From NCBI GenBank assembly GCA_002269645.1, contig NIVC01000139.1, positions 179,591-243,590 of the forward strand: a stretch of DNA of 64,000 bases, written 5' to 3'. Of the stretch, positions 36,951 through 49,276 are shown piece by piece. This stretch comes from Macrostomum lignano (lineage: Eukaryota). How positions within the stretch are numbered: the first letter of the stretch is position 1; every line of letters starts with the position of its first letter. The notes beneath the pieces are model-generated. The model worked only from the letters and a program-made list of their open reading frames with translations, was not told the origin of the DNA and did no database searches. Made by a program: the position numbers and the translations under genes.

Positions 36951-37912
36951 GAGCAGAAAGAAATGAGAAGAGATAAGAGAGAAAAGATAAAAGAAGAGAA
37001 AGGAGAGATAAAAACGCAGACGAGAGAGAAGAGAGGTGAGGGAAGAGACGAGTGACGAGGGGAGAGAGAAGAGATAAAACAAGAAAAGAGATGAGAGGAA
37101 AAAGAGAGAGGAAAGAGGTGAGACAAGAGACGAGAGAAGAGGGGGGAGAGGAGAGAGAGAGGAAAGAGGAGAGAGGAGAGAGGAGAGGATATAGTTAAGA
37201 GAAGAGAGAAAAGAATAGAGAGGAGAAGGAAGAGACGAGAGAAGAGGGGGAGAGAGGAGAGAGAGAGAAGAAGAGAGAGAACGAAAAAGTAGAGAGGAGA
37301 GAGGAGAGGAGAGAGAAAAGAAAAGGGAAGAGATGAGATAAGAGATATGAAAGAGAAGAGAGATGAGGGAAGATACGAAAGAAGATAGGAGAGAGGAGAG
37401 GAGAGAGAAGACGAAAGAGTAGAGAGGAGAGAGGAGAGGAGAGAGAAAACGAAAAGTAGAGAGGAGACAGGAGAGAGGAGAGAAGAGAGAAGAGACAAGA
37501 GATAAGAGAGATGAAAGAGAAGAGAGATGGGGGAAGATATGAGAGAAGAGAGGAGAGAAGAGAGAGGAGAGACTAGGGACGAGAGAGAAGAGAGGAAACA
37601 GAAGAGACGATAGAAATTTTAAAGGATCCAAGGGACATAGGGAGAGTCAGGGAGAGGCCAGAGTTTGCCAATACATGTTTTAGAGTCAGACAGACATTGC
37701 CTGACATTCTGTGAAGTAACCCAGCCAACAATATCAATGTTTGCTTCAAATCCTAATTTTACACGAATGTGTCCATTTATGTCTACCTCTATCCTACTAA
37801 CTATTAACAAGTTTTTGTTTGTGTATGACCTTAGATTTTAGAATATACATGCAAAAGTAGTTCCGGGGATTGGAATTCCCCGGGTTCAAAATCCGCGGGT
37901 TTCAACAGCTTG
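34730..37912 (+). mobile_element. Putative non-autonomous Helitron-like element carrying microsatellites
   Basis: The 5' end a|tctctaactataaaaa...(tgtc)n...accgctcaaccaaattacaccaaacttt resembles invertebrate non-autonomous Helitron 5' ends. The 3' end has a GC-rich hairpin-like cccgggttcaaaatccgcggg followed by cagcttg|t (A/T target). Linking the two ends is inferred. Confidence 0.5.
35960..37616 (+). repeat. ~1.65-kb polypurine (GA-rich) tract with a pure (GA)42 core at 36775..36858
   Basis: The plus strand is almost all A/G. The S/L-rich and ER-rich ORFs over it are compositional artefacts. Confidence 0.95.
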
Positions 37913-39169
37913 TCTCATTTATAAATGGTTCTTGTTTCTCCCAATGTTAGGTAGGGTCTCTCATAAAATAAATCAAGTCTTTTTTGAATTGCCAAAGCAA
38001 ATTTGATTAGGCCCTAATAGCTTTCCAAATTAGAAGTTGATAGTTAAAATGCTTCATGGGTAGGTTGGTTGCTCAAGTGTTATTAAATAAAGTTACTTAA
38101 CTTTAGGACCTTTGACTTGAGGCATTCAATCTAAAGTTGCAAAAGCATTTTTAGATAGGCCTAATTATTGCTTAAGTGTAGGCCTAATCATGACATTACT
38201 TTGTTTTTTTTTCAAAATGCAAATGCAATAGACTTTTGACATGCATATATACAGTAAAGTTATCAAATTGCACAAATATAATGTCAGTTAGCATTAGGCC
38301 TAATAATTGGAATTAGTTCAAGATTAGAATTAAGTTCAATTCTAAGTTCAATTCAATTCAGATACTAGATAGATATAGTATAAACCAAAGATAGATTGAA
38401 TCTTGTCAATAAATTAATGTACACCACTAATGTGATTACTAATTAGATGATAAGGCATTTTTGTCACTAAAAGGTGTCATAGTTACTCCCACCATTTATC
38501 TTTTACTTTTTATATTTGGAAACACATTTGGATATTCAGATTTGGAATTTTTGTACATTCAGATTCAGTTTCAGAAACTTGCAAAAATCTACATTCAGTC
38601 CATCACTACTACAAACTATTGCTGCCATACCTAGCTAAGCTAGAAAATATATGCAGAAAATGCATATCTGCATGTAGAAATTAGCTTACTATGCCATTTT
38701 TTCATACAGAAAAATGCTTGTTAAGTCACCATATAATTGCAACATGGCTGTCTATTAAGACTTGTTCATTTGTTAATGTCTTGGCCATAGACTATTGCAT
38801 TGCAGCTTTTTGGTGTTAGATACATTATAACAAGTTTTGAAACATAAAATTAGTGCTTGATTAAGCTTAAGTCTCTTAAAAAATAGCTATTTATACTTAA
38901 AATAATTCATAGTACTTTTCTGGAGTCAAAATAATTTAACAAATGGAACCTGAGAATTGCCAGGAATTCAAATATATTATTTTCTAAGAAATTATTAGAG
39001 CTATAAGTGTAAGTATTATATAATTTAAAGTGTAATAGTCTATATTTATAATTGTTTATTTTATGTTAATAGTATGTCTATTCTTCTATATAAAAAAGTG
39101 TTTCTGCACACAAAAATTGGGTAAACAGTAGCCAAGTTGAATTTGCATGAAAAATAAAACCATTTTATA

Positions 39170-40812
39170 CAACAGCAACAACAACAGAGTACGCTGCCAG
39201 TTCACAAAAGCAGCGTCAGATGGCGCGCTTCAAAGCTTGGGCGCGAACAAAAGCCGCACCGCCGGCAGAGTCCGGGGCGCCGGCGTCAGCCAGCAGACAG
39301 TCGACGTAGCGCCGAGTCCTCGCCTGTTCCCGCCGGTAGGGTGCCTGCAACGTAAGTAGCAGCACCTCCTGCACTGGCTCCGGACAGTAGGCCTCGGCGC
39401 GGATGACGTGGCCTGCCAGCTGGAGTCGCCGACGGCGCAGCAGATCGCTAGGACGGGCCAGGCCGGCGCGATGATAGAGCGCCGTGTTGGTGACTCGCTC
39501 GTTGCCGATCTTGAAGGCGGCGCGCAGCAGGCCAGCGTGCGCCGCGTCGACTTGAGCCTCGAGCGAGTCTGTCAGCGTCCAGGTCTCGGCGTTGTATAAC
39601 AGGACGGTCTCGATCACTGCCTGGAACAGCGCCGCCCTCTGGCGGTCCGGTAGGGCCTCGGACTGCAGGACTGACCTTATAGAACGAAAGGCAGCCCAGG
39701 CAAGTCCTCGGCGACGCCGCAGATCCTCGTGGACGTCGGGAACCAGACCGCCGAGGTAGACGAACTGCTGACATCTTGGAAGCTCACTCGCCTGTCCGTC
39801 AGCGCCTCGGCAGAAGATTGCAGCCTCGGTGTCGTCCGGCACGCATAGCACGACGGTCTTCTGCGTGTTGACCACCAGGCCGACGCTCGCCGCAACGGCA
39901 ACCAGCCTATCCAGCTGTCGTTGGGCGCCCTCGACGGTCGAGGACAGCAGGGCGAGGTCATCGGCGTAGCCAAGCACGCTGAGCCGTCTCTCCGGTTGGC
40001 GTCGACCCACGCGTCGCCGCAGCAGGAAGCCGTCGTCGTTGGAAGGCAGAGCAGTCCGTAGCACCCAGTCAAGCACCAGAATAAATAGGAACGGCGCTAG
40101 CGTATCTCCCTGGAGCACCCCGGAGGATGTCTCGAAGAAATCCGATAGGCCGTCCGGTGTTGAGACAGCAGCCGTCGTGCCGTGGTACAGCGCCATGACA
40201 GCAGAAATCAGCAGCTCTGGCACGTTGTACGCACGGAGCACCTCTGGGAGCGCGTCCCTCACGACCGAGTCGAAAGCCTTCCTGAAATCAACGAAGATCA
40301 GGATCAGGGTCAACTGGCGGATGCGCGCCTCCTCGATGACTCGTCGAAGAGCCAGGATCTGCGTCACTGTGCCGCGATGGGGCCGGAATCCATTCTGCTC
40401 AGGACGCAGGTACGGGTCCAGCACAGGCTGTAACCGCGATAGCAGCATGCGGTTGAACAGCTTCGCGGCGCAGGACTGTAGGCAGATGCCTCGATGCTCC
40501 TCGAGCTTGGTGGTGCCCGGCTTCTTTGGAATGGCGACGATGTGCGCCGTGGTCCATTCGTTTGGCGCCACCTCACCGAAAAGCACGCGGTTCATCACTC
40601 TGGCGACCTCAGTGGCCACGCAGTGGATCCGCAGCGCCTCGGTGGGCAGCTCGTCCGGACCAAGCGCTTTGCCGCCCGGCGACTGCCGAGCGAACTTCAC
40701 AACGTCGGCTGTGCTGACTGGGGCAACGTTGAAGCTCTCCTCCACCGGCAACGGCGTCTCCGGCGGCAGCCTCAGATTTTCTGGAAGCGGAGGGGGCGGC
40801 GCGTTGACAAGT
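39170..40812 (-). mobile_element. 5'-truncated RTE-like LINE with an intact RT C-terminal ORF (to 39216), short 3' UTR and (GTT)n tail
   Basis: RT motifs KALGPD, HRGICLQSCAAKLFNR, IFVDFRKAFDSV, GVLQGDTLAPFLF, LGYADD and YLGG. Near-perfect TSD ataaaac(c)attttata at 39154..39169 and 40813..40827. Confidence 0.93.
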
Positions 40813-41299
40813 ATAAAACATTTTATAATTTGTTTTAAAAAGCAAAATATTATTGCAAAATAATTTTTGTTATAAATGAACCCCCTAGAACCCATGTATA
40901 TATGAGCTAAATTTAGGACAAACAAACTAGACCTATTCCCAATACCACAAACAATCTGTTCTCAGACTCAAAACCTACTTAGAAATATTGAATACTTAAT
41001 GAGTTTTTTATGTTATACTAAAAGATTTGAAGTGCTAAGAAACTTACAAAGAAAGGTAAAATATGCATTATCTCATTAATTTGCTTTCATACTGCCAATA
41101 GATTAGTTATTTATTTTATTATATGCTTCTTTTTAGTAGTATTTTATAGATATGTTTTTATTTATTATTTGTTATTCTTTGTATAATTCAATCACTTGGA
41201 TGACCTCTCTGTATTGGCTAAAAAGATAAAAAAAACAAAGTCTATTTTAGAAAGAAGAGCAAAATTCTCTTTGCAAAACCCTAGTAACAGTTGACAGCT

Positions 41300-41560
41300 T
41301 TTGCATGCTGTAGTTCAGATTGTCCTCAAGGGCTTGGAGAACAGCATCACCATCATCAGCAGGGGGTTGGCCTGACCTTGACTTGTCCTAGAACTCATAG
41401 TTCTCCTAGAAAAACTCATAGAACCACTTGCACATCAAGGACTTAGAGGGTGCATATGGGCCCATCAGCTGCTATAACTCATGATGTGCGTTGACTGCCT
41501 TGTATCCCACACAGAAGTGGTTGAGCTCGCCATCCAGTTGGCAGTTCCATTGAATGCATT
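41300..41560 (-). pseudogene. Mariner transposase N-terminal (HTH) relic
   Basis: FCVGYKAVNAHHEL*QLMGPYAPSKSLMCKWFYEFF*ENYEF*DKSRSGQP matches the mariner pattern ...W F x x F...D x x R S G R P, with several stops. Confidence 0.7.
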
Positions 41561-42216
41561 TGCTAGCTTAATTATGCAGGGTCTGGGAAACTGGGCGATG
41601 CTAAGCTAAAGAGTGATAATTAGGCTAGCCAACAACACAGTTGATGATTGCTATTTATTACCTTTTAATTTAACTGAAGATTCAATTTTTATCTTGTCAA
41701 ACTGACTATTATGAGTATACCTATAAGTTAAATAGCATAAATAGCTTGTAGTTTTAGTTTTCCAGATAGAGTAGATTCCTCTCTAGATATCAATTATACA
41801 AATGCCATGAATTCTAGCACCAGAAGTTATCCATTTGTATTTTTGCAGTTGTGTTTATTATCTAAGGCAGTGCAGGTTAAAAGGCTAAAACCATATTTAT
41901 GTGTTGCCACTATTGAGGTACGAGTAGAATCCACCGACCTCTCATTTCCTCATAGCTTTTACTCGTAATGCTGAATTTAGTTTGACTTGGCAGTTTTTTG
42001 CTTAATACTTGTCTACATTGCAAACCTACCTTCTAACTTGTTGCCTGCCTAGTTAAAAAAGAAATGTTATGTTCTTTGAGCTAATCTATATGAGCTCAGC
42101 TGCAGCTGCTATTTTCAAGCGCATTTTCTCGTACGAAGTACATACTCGTACTCAGTATCTCTACAACTCAACACTTCTTAATTCATTGTGATTCATTTGC
42201 AGATTCTGTGATACCA

Positions 42217-43296
42217 ATGAAGCGATTTTTCTGCAGTGGGCCGCAGCTGCCACAAGACATTGCCGAGAGTCCTGCATTACAAGCTGCGCTGGACATCCTG
42301 CCCAGCAACTACAATTTTGAACTTCATAAAACTGCCTGGCGCATCCGGCAGTGCGCAGCCAAACGGATAGCCCTGCAGTTTCCAGAAGGTCTACAGATGT
42401 TTGCCTGCACAATCGCGGATGCGCTTCGCTCAGCCTGCAACGTCGACTGCGTATTGCTCGGCGATGTCGCCTACGGCGCGTGCTGTGTGGACGACTATAC
42501 AGCCGTGCTTCTTGGCTGTCAGCTGCTGGTGCACTATGGCCACAGCTGCCTGGTGCCAATTGACCAGACTGCTAGTGTGAAGATGCTGTACGTGTTTGTC
42601 GACATCGCCTTCGACACACAACATCTCCTTGATAGCGTGCGGACTAATCTGTCCAGCCAGACTCGCCTAGCTCTGCTGGGCATCGTGCAGTTTGTTGCCA
42701 GCTTGCAGAGTCTGAAAAAGCAGCTCGAAGACTCAGGATTCTCGGTTATCGTGCCGCAGTGCAAGCCGCTGTCTCCTGGGGAGGTTCTCGGGTGCACCGC
42801 TCCGCGACTGCAGGTGATTTACACCGTTTTGTTGTCTTTACTGTTTCTTACCGTTTACTGCTTACTTATGCAAATTATAGCAGCTTTTCGTAAAGTCAGC
42901 CAGTTAATGATCCGCCTAAACCCCCTACTAACAACACAGGACACAGTAGATGCCATTCTGTTCATCGGGGACGGTCGCTTCCACCTGGAGTCTGCCATGC
43001 TAGCCAACCCTCACCTACCGGCCTATCAGTACAATCCTTACGATAAGCGACTCACATGCGAACGCTTTGCTCATGACGAGGTTCTGCGAAATCGTCAAGC
43101 CGCCATCGAGGCTGCCAAAAGTGCATGCACTTTTGGGATCATCCAGGGCAGTCTCGGGCGGCAGGGCTCGGTCAGGGTAGTGCAGCGTCTGGAGGAGCGC
43201 TTGGCGGCAGCTGGCAAAAGCTGCATCACTCTACTGATGTCCGAGATATTCCCTGCCAAGCTGGCTCTGTTCCCCGATGTTGAAGCCTGGGTTCAG
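42217..43296 (+). CDS. DPH1: Diphthamide biosynthesis protein 1, exons 1-2 of join(42217..42813,42940..43296,44791..45141), ~434 aa
   Basis: LPSNYNFELHKT, ALQFPEGL, GDVAYGACCVDD, LVHYGHSCLVP, PLSPGEVLGCTAP, GDGRFHLES and GSLGRQG are hallmark DPH1 motifs. Confidence 0.95.
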
Positions 43297-43789
43297 GTTC
43301 GTATTCACTTCGTTTGATTTTATAGTCAAAAAGACCACCACTTTACCCTCAGTTTTCGGAGAAACTGTCATGTTGCGGATGACTGCTACTAATCGCATAT
43401 TGCTCAGTCTGTAGCGTTTATTTGAAATCCCAGTATATATTTTTTACTTTATCAACGACTCTCGTTAAGTTCTGTCAAAGCCTATAGTACTGAATTCCCC
43501 TCTGCTGTGGCGAATTGAAATTAAACATTAAAACGATTCTTTGTTTATGACCGATGGGCGGGCCATTCATGAGATTTATTTTCCAGAGCATGAAGACTGC
43601 TTTGGGAGCAGCATAAGAAATTAGACACGAAGGATTCTAGAAGCTCTATGAGGAGCTCGAGTACCCTTTCTTAAAAACTCCTTTTCGCTTTTTGAGTCCG
43701 ACTAAAATAAAGCACCCTCGAAATAGTTTTCCTGTTGCGTATTTTATGCGCTATTAAATTAAAAAACAAAAAACGGCAACAAAAGACCC

Positions 43790-44010
43790 AGAAAATTAAA
43801 CTCTGCGGTTAGGGTGCGCAGATGGCGCGACGCAGCGCGGGCGAATGCGAGCGAGTCCGCCTCACCAGCATCGGACTCAGCGGCGTCGCACAGCAGGCAG
43901 TCCACGTATCGATGGGTTCGCGCCTGGGCCCGCCTAAATGGGTCCTGGTGATCAGCAGGACATCCTGTAGAGGCCGGGGGCAGTAGCTATCGGCCCGGTT
44001 CACGTTACTC
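43790..44010 (-). mobile_element. Short decayed RTE-like 3' fragment in DPH1 intron 2
   Basis: RADSYCPRPLQDVLL...RR..DTW.ACCATPL parallels RAEAYCPEPVQEVLL...RRYVDCLLADA of the 39-kb element. It is followed by a T/GT-rich tail. Confidence 0.65.
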
Positions 44011-44790
44011 GCAAGTTGGAAAGCTCCGCCAGGGCAGGATGGTGGACGGGCATTGCAGTTGAGCCCTTTTGATAAATAATAACGACAAAATAAATTTAAT
44101 AATTTAATAACTTAAGAAATTTCAGATATTTTAAAGCAAGACATTCAGTGTGCTTTTGGTGAAGTGACTTGCCCTGTTCGCCAGTTCCACTGACAGTAGT
44201 AGGCACCAAAGCACCAGTCTGTTATAGCTTGACCAAACAATAGGTGAGGCTGATGGATCTGAAAGATTTGACACTACGAGCTTGTATTCCGGTCAGCCGG
44301 TCTACATTGTAGCTAGAATGCCGTATCGCCAGTCTTTAAAGGTAGGAAACAGTTAACCGAGTTTAGAAACTCAAGGATTGTGGATGCTACAACTCATTCT
44401 TCGCCTTCCTAAGCTGCCTTCTCTACGAGTGTAATAACTCACAACAAATATAGAGAAATTTGTAGCATTATCACACCCGTGCACGTCTTTTTAATGTAGC
44501 GTATTACCAGTGGGATATAAAAGTCAAATACGTATGACTTTTTCGTTGCGGTGTTGTATAAAATTCGCATCAAAGAGCAATGTGTCGAGTTTAGCTCTGA
44601 TAGAAATTCCGGATCATTTTTGTACCCGCACTATTTTTGTAAAGTATTGCTGATATTCTTAAAGGTCAATTATTGCAGCCCTTATATCGTAGTATATTAA
44701 ACCAATTTTTAAAAGCTGCAGTCCCCATATGCCCTAAGCAGGTGACTATTTTTGCTATCTCAGTAGCATTTAAGCTCGTCTCCTCTACAG

Positions 44791-45141
44791 GTGGCCTGTC
44801 CCCGCCTGTCGGTGGACTGGGGCGCTGAGTTCCCCAAGCCGTTGCTGACGCCCTACGAGCTATGCGCGCTTCTGGGCGAGGCGCCCTCGCCGAGCATTGA
44901 CTACCCCACCGATTTCTACGCCTACGAAAGCCTCGGTGATTGGACGCCCAATCACAGGGCCAACCGCAGTGGCAGAGTCGGCCGGGCCGCAGCTACCCGG
45001 ACTGCCTCTGCTTTAGTTGGCGCCAGCGAACAGCAGCAATCTTGCGGCTGCCACGGCCTCATAGGCTGCCCTAACGCCACATGCTGCTCTGCTGATGCTG
45101 CTAGGGCTGGGCAAGCTCAGACAGTTAAGGAAGGAGTTTAA
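44791..45141 (+). CDS. DPH1: DPH1 last coding exon
   Basis: Acceptor ctctacag|, then [20 protein letters not shown]...YP.DFYA..SLG.WT, the conserved DPH1 C-terminal motifs. Confidence 0.92.
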   Translation: MACPRLSVDWGAEFPKPLLTPYELCALLGEAPSPSIDYPTDFYAYESLGDWTPNHRANRSGRVGRAAATRTASALVGASEQQQSCGCHGLIGCPNATCCSADAARAGQAQTVKEGV

Positions 45142-46696
45142 CAATTGTTTGTATTTTAGTTTACGTCAATATGGTTGCTGTCATTAGTATTGAGTCCTGC
45201 TGAAACCAATTGGTCCTGTTATCCCTTAAGTTATTCTTCATCATAATTAAACCTGATGGATACACCAAGGTTTTTATGCGTAAAGTAACAATTTTTCTTT
45301 TTCTGCTTTTTCAAGATCCAAGATCGGCAGAAATTCTATATATGGCTATTCATGTCTTTGTGCAGTGATTGCAAATTAATTATTTTCCTACATGAACTAA
45401 AAAAGCCATTGGGACTCGACGGTACTCCTATCCTATTTTCGATATGTCCAGGGTTTGAACAACCTGCACATCCATAGCGATGTGTTGGTTGCGCGATTTT
45501 TTCAACTTTTAAAGAAAGCAAATAATGGGAGCCGCTGTCCAGTATAATATTTTTACTTTCAGCGATTCAGAGTCAAACGTCAGCGCTCACCAAAATCGTT
45601 CCAAGGCACAGGCTACTTCTGCAGAGACAAAAAATCATCTTGAAAGTCAGACTGAGTTAGTCGTTAGTCGTGAGTGCAAGGCCGATGCAGAAAAAAGTGC
45701 ATGCTTTGACGTTTCGGTACCCCCGAAATCTCCAAGCCACTGGCTTGGGTTGAAATGTGAAAGTTCCGGTGCAGCTGGTTTTCTGCACCGTTCATCTGTT
45801 CAGAGTTCAGATGATATTTTCTAGGGCCAACAGACCAGCGCTTCGTGCATTTCATTCTTATTGCACCTTTACGCTCGTGTTGCAATCTCTCAATTCAAAG
45901 AATATTTTAAGACCAATTGCGGTCATAGTGTATTTTACAACGCACTAAATGAGAACCTTAAGTTTTACTTTCATACAAGTATCTTCATGCAACATGCAAA
46001 CATGGACTCCTCAGTAGTTTTAATATTTCTGACAAAATATTGTCTCTAGCTATGGCAGTGGCTTTAAAACTAAAGACAAAAATAATTATTTCCTACTAGA
46101 CAGTGATTGCCAAAAGTAAATACAGCATAGTTCGAATATGAGCTCAAATCAGTTGGATTTTTTAGGAGGTTTTAGCATATTACTGGTACTTCTCGACGAC
46201 CGATAAAGTAAAACGACTACGGGATTGATGGCCTGGCTGAAATGAGATTTCATGAAATTTCATGTGCAGCTAACGGGGAACACATTCTTGTCTGATGATG
46301 AGAGGATCAGGGATTTGTCTCTAGTAGTTAGAACGGTTTTGCATGCTGTGTGGACCCATTTGGATGGTAATGGGGAGAGTTGCTTATGCAGCTCTATCTT
46401 CACTGTGCACTCGAAGTTGTCACCGATGCCTGTTAGATACTAGCGCGTATTGGGCAGAAACAGCTACTCTTAGATGCGCTTCTGCTCAATATTTTTTCGC
46501 TCTCTGAATGCAACCGATATTGTAAATATTCTGGTTTACTGTGGTTGCAATGTGTTCGTTAGCTGCTGATTGACGCACGCGTACTGTGCCCTATTTATCT
46601 ACAGCTGCAGGTTGGGGTCACCGCTTTTTATCTCGTTATTCTGGTCAGGTCATGTAAAATATCGTTTAACTGATGCACAATAACTGTAACTGTTTG

Positions 46697-47433
46697 TTAC
46701 ACCGTGTCCATCTCCCCGTGATAGCTGCGTCTATCGCAGCTCACTGAGCGAGTGCCGGCGGGTCCAAGCTGAAAGCGCCTTCTGGAACTGCTCTGTCCCG
46801 CTGGCACCCTTGTCATCGAGCTGCTGCGGTATTGCTGCTGCGGCGGCTGGTGCTGCGTTTGCTGCTGTTGGCCGACCCCCGCTTGGTTTGGAGCCGACAC
46901 CGGTCGGCCGCGGTGGGACTGTGAGGCTGCCGAGGTAGTGCTGCCCCTACCTTCTATAAGAGAACAGGTGGGATAAGTCGGAAGGTTCGAGGCTCATTTT
47001 TAGCGCTCAATGCTCTAATGTCTCTCCTATGGTTCCAGCTCTTAGCTGACTCAGCCCGACAGACTCAGTACACATGCAACTATTTGGCCGGGGAGAATGT
47101 CTTGAATCAAAGCACGCTTATATTCTTGCTGCATAGACAGTGTATTGTCGGTGTTATATACATGTATGTTTTCAATTTTCAAGGAAAGGATAACAGATAG
47201 GGACAGGACAAAGCCTCACCTTTATTCTCGGTCCAGATCTCGAGGATGTACTTGAGCACGTCGCTCATTCTGCCGAGTCGCAAAATTTCAGGGTCCATCT
47301 GTCTGGCTGCGTCAGGGGAGGGGAAGAGAAGCAGGGGGCCAAGACATGTTGCGAGCTGCCCGGTGGTCATTTTGTTGACATCCGCCTTCGCGGCAACTCG
47401 CTTCAAGTGGTCCAGTAGGAGTAGGAGGGTTTC
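46697..47433 (-). CDS. SYDE1: SYD-1/RhoGAP100F/SYDE-type RhoGAP, last two coding exons (47220..47433, 46697..46953)
   Basis: ETLLLLLDHLKRV...NKMTTGQLATCLGPLL is the end of the RhoGAP domain. Phases are consistent (0, 1) and the stop is at 46697. The symbol indicates the family, not a specific paralogue. Confidence 0.85.
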
Positions 47434-48511
47434 CTGCAGCAAAACAGGAGATTGGATTCATTAGCTTATTCATTACTGTGCTTTATTTTGCTTTTTAGTT
47501 GAAACTGGTGCAAATGCACATCTTTAATTCAGCGTAGATCTCCTTTCCACCCTCTTCGATCACATCTTTCCAATCCCACATGCAACAGGTGCCGATTTCA
47601 CCCATGGGAAATTTTTTACTGTCTCCTTTCCTCGATATACCAGCCTGAGTATATGCGGCCTGCAAAGCATTCGCACCATGAAGATAAGTTTTATTTATTT
47701 TTTAAAAATTTTTCACTCAATTCACCCAAGCGGAGAGTGATTGATGAAACCAGCCAGAGCAGCCAGAGCTACTGCTTATTAAAGCTCGTACTGCTACTGC
47801 TCACGAGCTATTCTGTAGAGAAAAAACTTTTAAACGAAAATCCCATTCTTCTAGCTCCATTTGTTACTTATCTCAGCTCAAAATTTTGATTGAAGCAACT
47901 GAGCTGGCTGCCTCCGCATACATGTACATGTGCAATCTTTGTTCTCGTTCTCGTGCTCATTATCTCTTATTGAATGTCAGCATTGTTGCACACTTGTGGA
48001 GTGCAGTGCCCGCAGGGACAGGCATTGATGCGTCTCTTGCGTGCCACCGCCGCTACTATACTCTGCTTACATTTGGTCCGGAATTCTTTCCTATTTTGTT
48101 GGTCTCTAATGGAGTAGCTGCTACATGCAGTCTGCCTCTAGATATAAGACTTCTAGCTCGTATAAGAAACATTCCGGTGTAAGTCAAAGCTCACATGCAG
48201 CGCCTTGCATGCGTGGGTTCTTTGTCCCGTTCCAGGGCTTACTTAGTAAGAGGGCCTGTGCCCCCACCTGATGATCTGCTGAATGAGGACTGAATAAGTG
48301 CACAGGACATTTCAGATAATGGGCATTGAAAATGTTAGGGTTAGGGTCTGCGTAGTTCAGGGGTTTTTCCTGGATAGTTTTGATCCACTCTAATGCCTGG
48401 ACTATAAAAACTAAACACACTATCATACACGCGAAAGCAAAGTGATGGGGATGACACGGGCGTGCAAGGGTATTGACGAGTCTCAGCAAAAAAATTGTTT
48501 TGACTTGATAT

Positions 48512-49276
48512 TGTTGTGATGGGAAAGATCCTAGTCTCCCCTCCGTTTCCGGGCTCGTGTGCTAGGCTCGACCGTCAGTGCGGCCGCCAATCCACTCGAG
48601 GTCAGTGAGATCAGACAGCTCGAGCGGCTAGAACGTCCCTAGCACCCGTACGACGCTCCAATCCCGTCTAGGCCCTAAGCGATCAACCTCGAAGGAACAG
48701 TACAACGGAAATCTTACGGATCCTGACGCACGGATGCAGCCAGCATATTTCTCCACAGGACGGACGTGGCACAAGATAAGCCGGGGCGGGCCATCGCATA
48801 AAGACAGGCTTGCAGGGGTCCAAAAAAGGCGGGCCGTCTGGGGTCTAGGGCAGAAAAGATTAGGTGACAAACACAAGGCTTAGAGCAGCCATTCAAGTCA
48901 TCATTGCAAAACTGCGCGAGGGAGGGTACGCTCAACCAATCCCAACGCTTGACGAGACCAGATAAAACCAGACTAAATGGCTCTGACCAATCACTGGGAG
49001 GTCTGCAGCCCGAGGGCTCACAAAGGAATGGGTTGGAGACGCAGGGCTGAAGACGCCAGGGTGAGGCGGTTTACACCGGCCCTCGGCACGCGCGCGGAGA
49101 GACTAGAGCTTGGAGGCTTGCACTGGCGGGGGCGGGGGAGAGGCATACTCACCATAACTTTGACCTACCAAGCTTTGAGTCATGGCTGTCTTATTGAAAG
49201 GGCCTCAAGGCTTCTATACCCAAGTCCTTTTGCTTCCGGCCTTCTAGCTGCCGGTTTTCGAGCGACTAACCCTACA
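48512..49276. mobile_element. Possible solo LTR or other insertion in a RhoGAP intron
   Basis: A GC-rich non-coding block with TG...CA ends (tgttgtgatggg...taaccctaca) inside an AT-richer intron. I found no TSD. Confidence 0.3.

Noticed and set aside
35924-37631. Long S/L-rich and ER-rich ORFs (up to 369 aa)
   Set aside because: They are translations of the GA/TC low-complexity tract, which lacks stops by composition.
48334-48346. ttagggttaggg telomere-like repeat
   Set aside because: Only two units; expected by chance.
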